Shown: piece by piece, positions 1 to 21,332 of the stretch
How the letters are laid out: each line of letters begins with the position of its first letter
Numbering within the stretch: position 1 is the first letter of the stretch
Assembly (NCBI RefSeq): GCF_036321535.1
Contig: NC_087451.1
Span: forward strand, 18,352,001-18,416,000
Direction: 5' to 3'
DNA length: 64,000 bases
From: Camelus dromedarius
Taxonomy: Eukaryota
Notes under the pieces: generated by a model
Told to the model about the DNA's origin: nothing
What the model saw: only the letters and a program-made list of their open reading frames with translations
Database searches by the model: none
Made by a program: the position numbers and the translations under genes

Positions 1-413
1 GCAGATCTGATCCAGCTTCCCCCAGCTTCCCCCTTGTGGTGATGTCAGGCCCTCAGTCCCCTACCCTGCTCTCCTGGAGCTGGTTCAGTGTCTGTGATTT
101 CCTCTTCAGTTTCATTTCATATGGCAACTGCTTCCCCCAGCCTCCTTCCAAAATGTGAGCATCATTGTTCTAAATGCAGCCTGATTTCCTCTCTGACTAG
201 TCCCTCACTCCCCTCTTGTCCCAGCGGGTTCTCCCCTCTGTCCTCCCCTGCTGCCCCCACCTCTCCACCTCTTGTCTCATCCAGCCCAGAGACCAGATCT
301 CCTCCCTCCTACAAATGAGCAGGCCACTGCCTCAGCTGGCACCAGTGTTTATTTCAGAGGGAAGGGCTTGAAGGCCTAGGTCTCTCCTGGAGGGTGCTGG
401 GGCCTCCAGCTTC

Positions 414-4551
<4,138 letters not shown>

Positions 4552-4660
4552 GGCTGCAGGGCAAGAGGTGTGAGAGAGGGAGGACAGTTGATCCCTTAAG
4601 GAACCCCAAGTCCCTTGCCCTTTAAGAGTCTTCTCTACCCCAAGAAGGCAGGTGCTGGAG

Positions 4661-4721
4661 CTAAAAATATCCTACAAAAAGGTCACAGACCAAAGTGGCA
4701 GGCGCAGCCCCCTCCCCCACT
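4661..4721. promoter_or_regulatory. ENO3 intron-1 muscle enhancer (MEF2-like site plus G-rich box)
   Basis: CTAAAAATAT at 4661-4670. 4703-4721 is the reverse complement of AGTGGGGGAGGGGGCTGCG, the G-rich box described for the beta-enolase intronic enhancer. Confidence 0.75.
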
Positions 4722-5671
4722 CATAACAGCTCCTATTCCACCCTCCCATCTTAAGAATCCGGGGGCCTCTCTTTTACAACTCCTCTTCGAGTCCACCACT
4801 CACCGAACCCCACCTCCCGCAAAGCTGCACTCACGCCTTCTCCCCTCACCCTCTGGTCAAGCACTCCAATCTCCATGGCTTCCCAGCCCACAAATCCTCT
4901 CCTGTTATTCTAGTTCTCATTTTCCTGCTCCTCAGCCTTCTCCAAATCCTCAGGAACCCTAAGTTTCCCCACCTGGCTCCAACTTTAACTACCCTTCTCA
5001 GTTGTCTCTGCCTGCCTCTCTTTAGTCTCATTGCCTTATTCCTGGGTACCCGCATCCTGCTCCAACCCCTCCCATCTTCTCAAGCACCCCCAGTCCCACG
5101 AGAAAAAAAAGAGCTAACATTTCCCTTACCTTCTCCAAGCCAGCACACCTTCACCCTTTACCACCCTCAACCCCTGGGGCTGGAAGATTCACCAGACCTG
5201 GGATGTCTTCGCTGGGCTCCGAGTCTAGGTTGCAGCTGGGACAGTGTCAGCTCATCCCCTCTCAGGCTGCGCATTTATCCCTGAGCCACCCTGTACCCCA
5301 GCCAGCCCCGCCTCTCCCTCTCCATCCGCCCCCTCCAGCCAGGCTGGCAGCCAAGTGCCCACTACAGCCTAAAGCAGAAGCCTTTGGCCTTGGGCACCTG
5401 CCCCCTTCCCAAAAGTCAATGACTAGCCCCTGCTTTCTTTCTACTCACCAACAAAAGTCCTTATTTTTAATTCTACCCTTGGGGAGAAGCAGGAAAAGGG
5501 CTTCAGAATGGGGGGTCTCTCCCCTCCCCGGGACTATATTCCTCTTTTGCAAAGGTTAAAGAGGAACTGGTGCCCTTTAGGAAAGGCCAGGGGTAACCTG
5601 AGCCCCGTAGGGCTGGGGAGGGGGCCTGGAAGAGGGGCTGCAGGATTGACATTCACACATGCTCAGCTCAC

Positions 5672-5720
5672 TCGGCGGGCGGTTGCAGGGTGTCCTGTAT
5701 CCTCACTGGGGGAAGGGGAA
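5672..5720 (-). other. ENO3: Probable non-coding exon 1 of ENO3
   Basis: Donor GA|gtgagc at 5671; acceptor cag|CCATG just before the start codon (4554-4556). The 5' end is approximate. Confidence 0.6.
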
Positions 5721-8068
5721 GGGGCAGGGGGTGCTGGGCCAGTTCTGAGCTCTAAAATTGAAGTCCCCACTAAGAAGGCGAGAGGGTCTCACCTCTCAGG
5801 GTCCTCATAGCAGCCTCTCTCGGCTCCACCCCATCCTCCCTCTGGGCCAGCAAGGGGGATGGTGGAGGCAGGCAGACGAATTTAGACAGGCGCTTGGAGT
5901 TGGCGCGGCGCCCTACTGATAGCGCTGGGACAGCACTTATCGCCCAGGGTGAACTGTCAGGAGCCCTTTCCCCACCGAACGCCAGCGCTTCAGGGCTCAG
6001 TCCCGGTCCATCAATGAACGATGTTGAATCAGGAGTGAGAAAGATGAATGGATGGGAGGAGGGGGTGGCCCTACACGAGAGTCTGACGCTGGTCCGCAAG
6101 CAGCACTGCAGGGAAGTGGGTCTCTGCCCTCGGTGACTCTCTCGCCTCGGCGGGTCTGAGGGGAGTGTGGTCCGCCCCGACTTCGGCTGCAGCCGAGGTA
6201 GGGAGAGGAGGGCACACCGGGGCTCGGGCCAGCGGGCGAGGGTCACCGACGCCTCGGCTGGTCGCCCCCGACTCGGAGGACCCTCCCGCCGGCGCCTGAG
6301 CGGCCGGCGCCCGGTGACTCACCCCCGGGCCCTCTCCCGAACTTCCCTCCCCGCCCCGCCTGCCCCGTGGTGTCTGTCTCCCAGCCCCCATCCCAGGATC
6401 CCTAACCCCCGTCTTCCATCTCGCCGTTCCCCTTCTTATCTCTGGCCGCTCCCTCTTGGGAGATTTCCACCCTGGGGTAGGGGGTGCGGCCGGCCAGAGG
6501 TCAGGAGATGGCGGGCGGGGAGCGCCGCCACGTGCCCGCTTGCGGCCCCGCCCGAGCCGATCAGTGACTCAGCCACGGCTGTCGAGGAACGTCGGCTCGG
6601 GGGGCGTTGGGCGCCCATGGGGCTTGGAGTGGCAGTGAAGGGACCGCGCCCCGCCGGGGAGGATGGGAGAGGAGCGAAGCCCCTTCCCGCCCGGGAAGCG
6701 CCCCTCCCCCGAGGGACCGGAAGCGGCCGAGCCCCTCAGCGGCCCGGGCGGCCAGCGGGGACTAGTTCACCTAAACCAGCCGCCGGTCCTGCCTAACCCG
6801 CTTCCCAGTGGGCAGCGAGCAAACTCATCGCACACAAGTTCTTAGCATAAGTTTTACTGACAAATAAGAAAAAAAAAAAACAAAAAACAACGGGCCGAAG
6901 TAGAAGGGACTTTCCCCTTGTTGAAAAAGTTGCAATCTTGAAGCCTCGGTATTCTTCCGCCTTGAAAAATAGTCCTGCCCGTCTGGCCCCGCTGGCGCCG
7001 GGGCTCAGTGACCTCTGAAGAGAGGGGCCAAGGGGCACGGCGGGTAACCCAAACTGCTGACCTGGGGACGGGCGGGGCTAGGACATGGAGGTGAGGCCTG
7101 AGGCTGTAGCTGATCCAGCGCGAGGGATAATCCTCCTAGAGACGGGGTGGGCTTCGGAAAGTGCAACTTGTGCCGCCTGGGCAGATGCTAGTTGTAGAAG
7201 CGTCCCCGGTGGATGCCTTCAACTATGAAAACGGCCGGGGTATTTTGTCAAATTTCCCTTTACTCCCTTATTTCTTGAATAAATAAAATCAAGAGTGCAG
7301 AGCGGCAACGCGCACGCCTCGCCCGCGCCCCTTCCGCCCGGCGGGAGACACGTCCCCGGCCAGCCTGCCTTCGCATGGGGTCCAAATCTCTCCGGTCCCG
7401 CGCGCCCGGGCGCGCGCCCGGGAAGCCGGCCGCCGGCCCAACCGCCCCACGCGCTTTCCCTCCCAGCCCCGGCGCAGGCGCGGGCGCACGCGCCGCCGCC
7501 GCCGCCCGCCGTTCCTTCCCCCCGGCAGAGGTGGGGGAAGGGGAAGTCGTTCCGTTTAACCCTGAGTTCCCCAAACCCTCTTTAATTTGCTAAATTTGCA
7601 GCTTGCTAATTATTTCTCCTTTCACTTTCCTTCCTCCTTCTGACTCACTCTCTTTCCCTCCACCAAAGTCTGATTTTCTATGCGGAGTGGAGCGAGCCTT
7701 AACTCTAACCCACCCCCGCCCCTCCATCCTTTCACATCAATTTCCATCGAACTCTGCAAATTTTGCAATAGGGGGAGGGATTTTTTAAATTGCATTTGCA
7801 AAGTTCGGTATCTGGGCAGGCGAGGAGAGGGAGGGAGGGAATGGGGAGCAGGCCCCGCCCCCACCGCCCTTTGCAAATAAAAATCTAGGGGGGTGGGGAG
7901 GAGCAGGAAGTGGCGGTGCGAGAGCTGCTGCACAGCTAGCAGAGCCGCGGTCCGGACGGCAGCGCGTGCCCCAAGCTCTCCACCTTCCCCCGCCCGCCAG
8001 CCCGAGGCAGCCCGAGCCCAGCCCGCGGCCCAAGCAGNNNNNNNNNNNNNNNNNNNNNNNNNNNNNNN

Positions 8069-10565
<2,497 letters not shown>

Positions 10566-10623
10566 NNNNNNNNNNNNNNNNNNNNNNNNNNNNNNNCCAC
10601 TGCTTTTGCACCCCTCTCCTTCC

Positions 10624-10643
10624 CACACACACACACACACACA
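10624..10643 (+). repeat. (CA)10 microsatellite in PFN1 3' UTR
   Basis: Read directly from the sequence. Confidence 0.9.
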
Positions 10644-11492
10644 CCATTTTTATTTTTGGGCCATTACCCTACACCCTTTATTGCTGCCAAAACCACATGG
10701 GCAGGGGGCCAGGGCTGGATGGACACCTCCCCCTACCCATACATACCCTTCCTGTGTGTGGTTGGAAAACTTTTTTGTTTTTTGGGTTTTTTTTTTTTTT
10801 CTGAATAAAAAAAGATTCTACTAACAAGGTGCTGTGTGGTTTTAGCCTGGGTGTCAGGATGGAGGACAGTCACCGACCTGCCTCCATCCTGGTTTGGGGG
10901 TAGAACAGGGCTGAGGTACTACAAAGTCTAGGAATTTGAGCTTCTTGCTTTCATGCCCAGGATTAAACATCTGCTTCAGGCCTACCTGGCCAGATGGCCC
11001 AGCCCTTCCACAATGACATATCCAGCCCTAGGTCCTCAGTGTGCTAGCTGAATTGGTGAATAATGGAACAGAGCCATCCAGACCAGAGAATGGGTCCAGG
11101 CCTGTGGGCAAGGCAGGGCCAGTTGAGTCATCATGTGGGTGGGGCTCCCCCTCTCTGAGTCACAACAAATGCCCGCTGGGGCTACCCCTGTGACTACAGG
11201 TTGGCCTCTCAGCACTCCCCTGCCCCTTTATAGCAGAACGGGGCAGTTTCCACCAAAGGATACGAAGTTCATCTGTGTGAGAATGATCTCACCCTTAGTC
11301 CACAAAAACAATTTTATTAACCCAGTAAGTGAAGACCCCCATCCCTCTGCACCAACCCCCTCAAAAGGATGGAGTTGGGTAAGGGCGAGAACTGGGGTGG
11401 AAATGTCTCCTATCTCCACACAGAAGCCTGGAGAGAGGAAGTGGGGCTGTGCAAATAGGTCACCAGAGGAGGGGGAGGCGGGAAAATGAGTG

Positions 11493-15564
<4,072 letters not shown>

Positions 15565-15759
15565 CTAAATACCCCCAGGTCCCACCTCCCAGCTACATGG
15601 GGGCGCGGGGAAGGACCCCCGACTCGGGGAGTGAGATATCCAACCCGTTTAGTGGAGCTGGGAGGGAGACACTAACTATATCCTTCTCTGGTATACGAAT
15701 AAAACGGAGAAAGAGAACGGAGGCAAGCACAGGTGACAGAAAAACTTCTGGAAGGGTGG

Positions 15760-16480
15760 GGGAGCTCAAGGAGGTGGGACTTCCGGCCAGGTGGGCCGTC
15801 TTCCCATCCCCTGGAAAAGGGTTTCCGGCAAAGAAAGTCAGGCCGCTTCCAACATAGGACGCTCAAGATGAAAGACTTCCGGTCCTAAAAGACCAGTTAA
15901 AAGAAGGTTTAGAGGTGGAGGAAGTGCCTGTGGAGATGGAAGGAGCACGGAAGCTCCAGAAGACTACTAAGTCGTTTCCCCTCTAGTGCCCGAGATCCCA
16001 CAGCTACGGAATTTACAAACCTCTTTTCCTCCCTCTGGCCGCCGCCGCGGTACCTTCAAGTCTCGCGAGAGTCCTCACCACCCTTCCCTCCCACCTGCTA
16101 AAATCTCCCTGTATCTATCGCGAGAGACCGCCTAACTCTGGCTAGCCTCGCTCACTCGATCTCGCGAGATCTTCAAAAACCCTCTTCTCTTTTTTCCCGC
16201 GACTCCAGTTCGATAAAAATTGCGCCTATGTTCTGGCTTCCTAAATCAGCCCCACCCCTTCCTGCACCCATTCTTGAAGATCCTCCGCAGCTCCGCCTTA
16301 CTCCCGGCCGCCTTTGCGCTCGCGCCTGCGCCTGCGCCAACTTCCAGCTGGTGCCGGACCAGAGAGCCGGAGGGGCGTGCGCGCGCGCCCTCGCCCCTGT
16401 TGCGCGCGTGGTGTCACCTTGGGCGCGAGCGGGGCCGCGCGCGCACGGAACCGGGAGCCGAGGGCCATTGAGCGGCGATG
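15760..16480. promoter_or_regulatory. Bidirectional RNF167/SLC25A11 CpG-island promoter
   Basis: Head-to-head genes. TCTCGCGAGA at 16061 and 16160, TATCGCGAGA at 16116. Tandem NRF1-like GCGCCTGCGC at 16322-16337. ETS ACTTCCGG at about 15779 and 15875. Confidence 0.9.
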
Positions 16481-18651
16481 GCGGCGACGGCGAGTCCCGC
16501 GGCTGGAGGGATGGACGGGAAGCCCCGTACCTCCCCTAAGTCGGTCAAGTTCCTGTTTGGGGGCCTGGCAGGGTAAGCTCAGGCCCCAGGGATGGGACAG
16601 GAGGAGGAAGGGACGGGTTCAAGGAACTGGGCCTGGTTCATCTTTGGGTTTGTTGCAGTGAACCGAGCCGCCACGGGGTCAGCGCGGTCCCCATCGTATT
16701 GCGAGATCCTTGATGGGCTGCCAGGATCTTTCCACCCATCGCAGGGCCCCTTCTGGGCTGCATGCCACCTGAGTTTCCCAACCCATTGCTTGGCTCTGTG
16801 GGGCTGTATGGGGTTCCAGGTCATCGCGTGCCTCTTACTGGACTATGTGGAGTCCCAGATCATGAATGCCCACCTATCCTCCCTGGGTTGGACTGCATGC
16901 CGTTCCAGGTCACTGTTTGACACCCTTGGAGCTGCATGGGGCACTTTCATTGGATGGCGTCTACTGGACCACTGAACTTTTCGGACCCATTGTTCTTGGT
17001 ACCCGCAGAGGCTTTTTCACACATTCCCACCGGCCTCCTGAACACCTAGTGGCATGGCTAGCCCTGCCCTTTGCGACCTCTTGTTGCCAGGCTACATATC
17101 TGAGACACCTGGCCCTTGATTCCAACCCTGTCTTCCTTCAGGATGGGAGCTACAGTTTTTGTGCAGCCCCTGGACCTGGTGAAGAATCGGATGCAGCTGA
17201 GCGGGGAAGGAGCCAAGACACGAGAGTACAAAACCAGCTTCCATGCCCTCACCAGTATCCTGAGAGCAGAAGGGCTGAGGGGCATTTACACCGGGTACTG
17301 GGGCCAGAGGATGGGGGTAAGGTGTGGATTGGCAGCTCCAGACCTTGGCTTGATGCACCGATCCCTTCACTTCCCAGGCTGTCAGCTGGCCTGCTGCGCC
17401 AGGCCACCTACACCACTACTCGCCTTGGTATCTATACTGTGCTGTTTGAGCGCCTGACTGGGGCTGATGGTACACCCCCTGGTTTTCTGCTGAAGGCCGT
17501 GATAGGCATGACTGCAGGTGCAACTGGCGCCTTTGTGGGAACACCAGCTGAGGTGGCTCTTATCCGCATGACTGCTGATGGCCGGTGAGTTCCAGGTCTG
17601 AGCCTGCCCCCAGCCCCATTCCCTGGAATCTAGAATGAAAGAATTAATTTTTTATCTTAGATCTAGAGCACAGCTTTCACCTTTTCACAGCGTTCTAGCC
17701 TCCCTTTCTTTGCTCTTGCGGGGGAAGGGCAGTCTATCCTGAACTTGGCCTCTCCCTGCCTTCCCGCCAGGCTTCCAGCTGACCAGCGCCGTGGCTACAA
17801 AAACGTGTTTAATGCCCTGATCCGAATTGTCCGGGAAGAAGGCGTCCCCACCCTATGGAGGGTGAGTGAAGGGGCTGGAGACGGGGTATATCGGGGGGAG
17901 GAGTCAGGGCTGGGGTGTTTCTGACTCCTCCCCTACTCTGCCACCCCAGGGCTGTATCCCTACCATGGCTCGGGCCGTCGTCGTCAATGCTGCCCAGCTC
18001 GCCTCCTACTCCCAGTCCAAGCAGTTTTTACTGGACTCAGGTGAGACCCAGAGCTGGGCCCTCAGTTCCCAGCCTGGCCTGCACCAGCTCCGAGCTGACT
18101 GCCACCCCCTGCTCCGCTCTCCCCACCCCAGGCTACTTCTCTGACAACATCCTGTGCCACTTCTGTGCCAGCATGATCAGCGGCCTGGTCACCACTGCCG
18201 CCTCCATGCCCGTGGACATTGCCAAGACCCGGTGAGTGTACTGACCTGGGCCTGGAGAGGGACAGGAGGACCCCTTATGTCTCTCACACCCCTGCCTCCT
18301 CTCCTTCAGGATCCAGAACATGCGAATGATTGACGGGAAGCCGGAATACAAGAATGGGCTGGTGAGGAAGCTGGGCTGGGGGCTCGGGCTGCAGGATTTG
18401 GCGCTCCAGGAGGGCGGTGTGGGGAGCTGGGTAAGAGGGGCAGGGCCTCAGAGGTCGGGTCCTAGCCCTAGTGCCCTGCCTGCCTGCCTGTCTAGGACGT
18501 GCTGGTGAANNNNNNNNNNNNNNNNNNNNNNNNNNNNNNNNNNNNNNNNNNNNNNNNNNNNNNNNNNNNNNNNNNNNNNNNNNNNNNNNNNNNNNNNNNN
18601 NNNNNNNNNNNNNNNNNNNNNNNNNNNNNNNNNNNNNNNNNNNNNNNNNNN
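16478..18651 (+). CDS. SLC25A11: Mitochondrial 2-oxoglutarate/malate carrier, 8 exons (end of exon 8 in N gap)
   Basis: Exons: 16478-16572, 17142-17294, 17378-17584, 17771-17861, 17950-18040, 18132-18231, 18310-18361, 18496-(18651 inferred). Carrier motifs PLDLVKNRMQ, PAEVALIRM, PVDIAKTRIQ. AATAAA at 19105. Confidence 0.97.
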
Positions 18652-21332
18652 NNNNNNNNNNNNNNCTGGAGCCGCCGTGCTGGGGCTCCAGCTCGCCTGC
18701 TGCTCCTACAGTTAGTGCGCCCCCCCCCGGGGGCCTGGACTCTGCTGCCCTGGGCCCCTCTATTTATTTTCCCTCCACAGTGTGGTTCCCTCCTCTGCGG
18801 TCAAGGACTTTGGTCTGTCCTACCCCTGCTCCAGCTTGCCCTCCTTGTCCTCATCCTCGTGATCTCTCTGTCCCTGGCTGTGCCTTGAAGGGGGAGCTGG
18901 GAAACTCCCTGTGGATTTCTGGCCTCCTCTTGGATATGAGTTTCAGGGCATGTAGGACAGCAGAAGACCCCCCCCCCCCGTTCTCAGTGGAGAAACCAAG
19001 GCAGAGCTGAGGGAACAGAAGAGAGCAGAAGCTGTTCAGGGGGTCAAGGGTCTGCCGTGGGAGGACATGGCTCTTCCTCCCTTCACCTCGCTGAGGACAT
19101 AATCAATAAATTGGATTGATGACACCACCCCCGAATCTGGAGAGTTGTGGGGGCAGGAGAGGGAGGAGGCTGGAGAAAGAAGCAGATGCCCCTGGAGAAC
19201 AGGAACTGGAGTTTTTAAGAAACATTACTAAAGAAAAAGTACCCGTGGGTTTTATGCAAATATTATGTAAATCAGTATTGCAGCAGCTGACATGAGTAAG
19301 GAAAACCCAAGCTCCAGGCCCTGTCTGTGGCTTCCCAGCCACTAGCCCAAAAATGTGACAGACACCCAGTCATCTCCTATAATCCCTAGGAAAAGCCTCT
19401 GGGGTCTGCTGACTGCTTCTGCAGCCTCAGGAGGGAGGGAACAGAGTCTGAGAGGGGAAAGCTGACCTGCAGAGGGTAGAGTGGACGTAGAGTCAGGCTC
19501 CAAAGCCCAGAGGCTTGAGGAAAGGGAAGATGTTGGCCGGAGACTTGATCTGGGCTCCAGGCTGGGAAAAGTGACCGCCTTCTCCATTTCTTTAGATCTG
19601 TGACTCCCAGTCCCTGCCCTCAAGCCTAGAAATCTCTTGGAGCATAAAAGGACATAGGAAGGTCAATCGGAAGGAGGGCTTGGTGGCGTGAGGCCCGAAG
19701 GCTTCTCCCAAGCTAGGCCAGCGAACAGGCAGGCAGCAGGTGGGAGCTGTCCACTTGGCAGAACCCCATCAGAAGGAGAGGTTGAGCTCAGCAGCCTGGT
19801 GGCGCTGCTGGGCCCTCCCACTGCCTCTTCTACCTGCTCCCTTCACATGCGGGCCTGGGCCATGGTGGCCACTCAGAGCTTGAAGCCTGGACCTTGTCCT
19901 TAAGGAGTTCCAAGTTCAGAGGGGACTGTGACAGAGGGAAAGTGGGAGTGCAGCAGTTGGCCGTTGCGGGGTGACTTGGAGCACCGGGCCCAACTGGGGA
20001 GAGGAGGAATGCTGCACGGTAACAGACTGGTCTGGGAAGCAGGGGCAGCGCGCCTGGCAGAGGCTTAGAGGACAAACTCTGGGGAACAGGTGATTTCTGC
20101 TAAGTGTCTGCCTAGAGAGGGGAAGCTGGACTGCCAGGTGGGTTGGCGCACACAAGTCGTCGATTGCCGAGCTCCAGTTGTCTTCTGTCCGGGGAAGAGT
20201 ACAAAGCAGGAGAGAGATGTGGTCAGGTTTTCAAGTTAGGAAGATTCTTCCTGCACCGTCTGGAGGAGGGAGTCTCTGTGGAGCCAGGGAGGCTCAGCCC
20301 TTACTCCCATTCTCTAGACCCTACACCTTGGTTCAGGCAGGAGACAAAGCAGGAGAGAGATCCAGCCACCGCCACGGTCAGGTGCAAGATCTGCAGCCGG
20401 GGAGACAAGTGGCCTCCACTTGTCTGTCCCCTGGCTTGACAGCAGGAAACCTGAAAGTAATTCCGTAAAACCCACCAAGATGGCTCACACAGCCAGGCCC
20501 TCTCCTCCACTGTCCTGCTGCCCCGGGCCAAGCAGGAGGGCTGCATTTCTGACGCCGTCGGTGCCTGCAGGCACCCCCTGCATTCCTGGGTTCGCAGCCT
20601 GCCGGCAGGTAGCCCCAACAATGTCACTGAGCTCCTGGGAAACTTACGGTTCTTGAGCTGGAACTGGTGTTCGGGGTGGCCTGGTAAGGGGTGACCCCTG
20701 GAAGAGAAGAGGCACCCCAGGTGGGAGAAGTGGTGGCCAAGACTAGAGCTTTGAGGGTGAACAGTGCAACTAGGATGGGGCGGCTGAGGCCTCGGGAATA
20801 CTAGTGACCAGTGCCCTAGCCACTGTTTCCCTCTTCAAAAGAATCAAAATTCTATTTTAAAATTATTTTTTATTATACAAATAACATCTGATGGTGGAAA
20901 ACTGGAAAATGCCAAACAGAGGAAAAGAAAAAACCACCCATGTTTATACCACCCAGAGACAATCAGGGCTCACATCTTGACAAAGCTCTTTCCAAGTTTT
21001 CTTCAACACACAGATACATGTGGGAAGCGTGCTCTGTTCTGTTTATTAATGGCTTTTTCCTAAAATGTCCCCCAAGTGCTGGTAGTCACCTAGTGGTCTG
21101 GAAACCCTGCCTTGCAGCATAGGGAGCTCCCTTTGTTCTCTGACCCACCCAACTCCATCTCACTGCCCCTCCTGATTTGCTGGGTCTGAGATTGTGGTGT
21201 GAAAATAAGGCTCCTGATAAAGGAAGAATAATTAAGGCCTCCCCCGATGCTGTGCTCTGTACCCACCCGCCCTGGCTGGATCCCAATAGGAAAGCCCGTC
21301 AGAGCCTCTCCAGGTCCTCCAACCACCTGCCC

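Noticed and set aside
1-330. Possible SPAG7 3' end expected from synteny
   Set aside because: No recognisable SPAG7 coding or UTR sequence; treated as intergenic.
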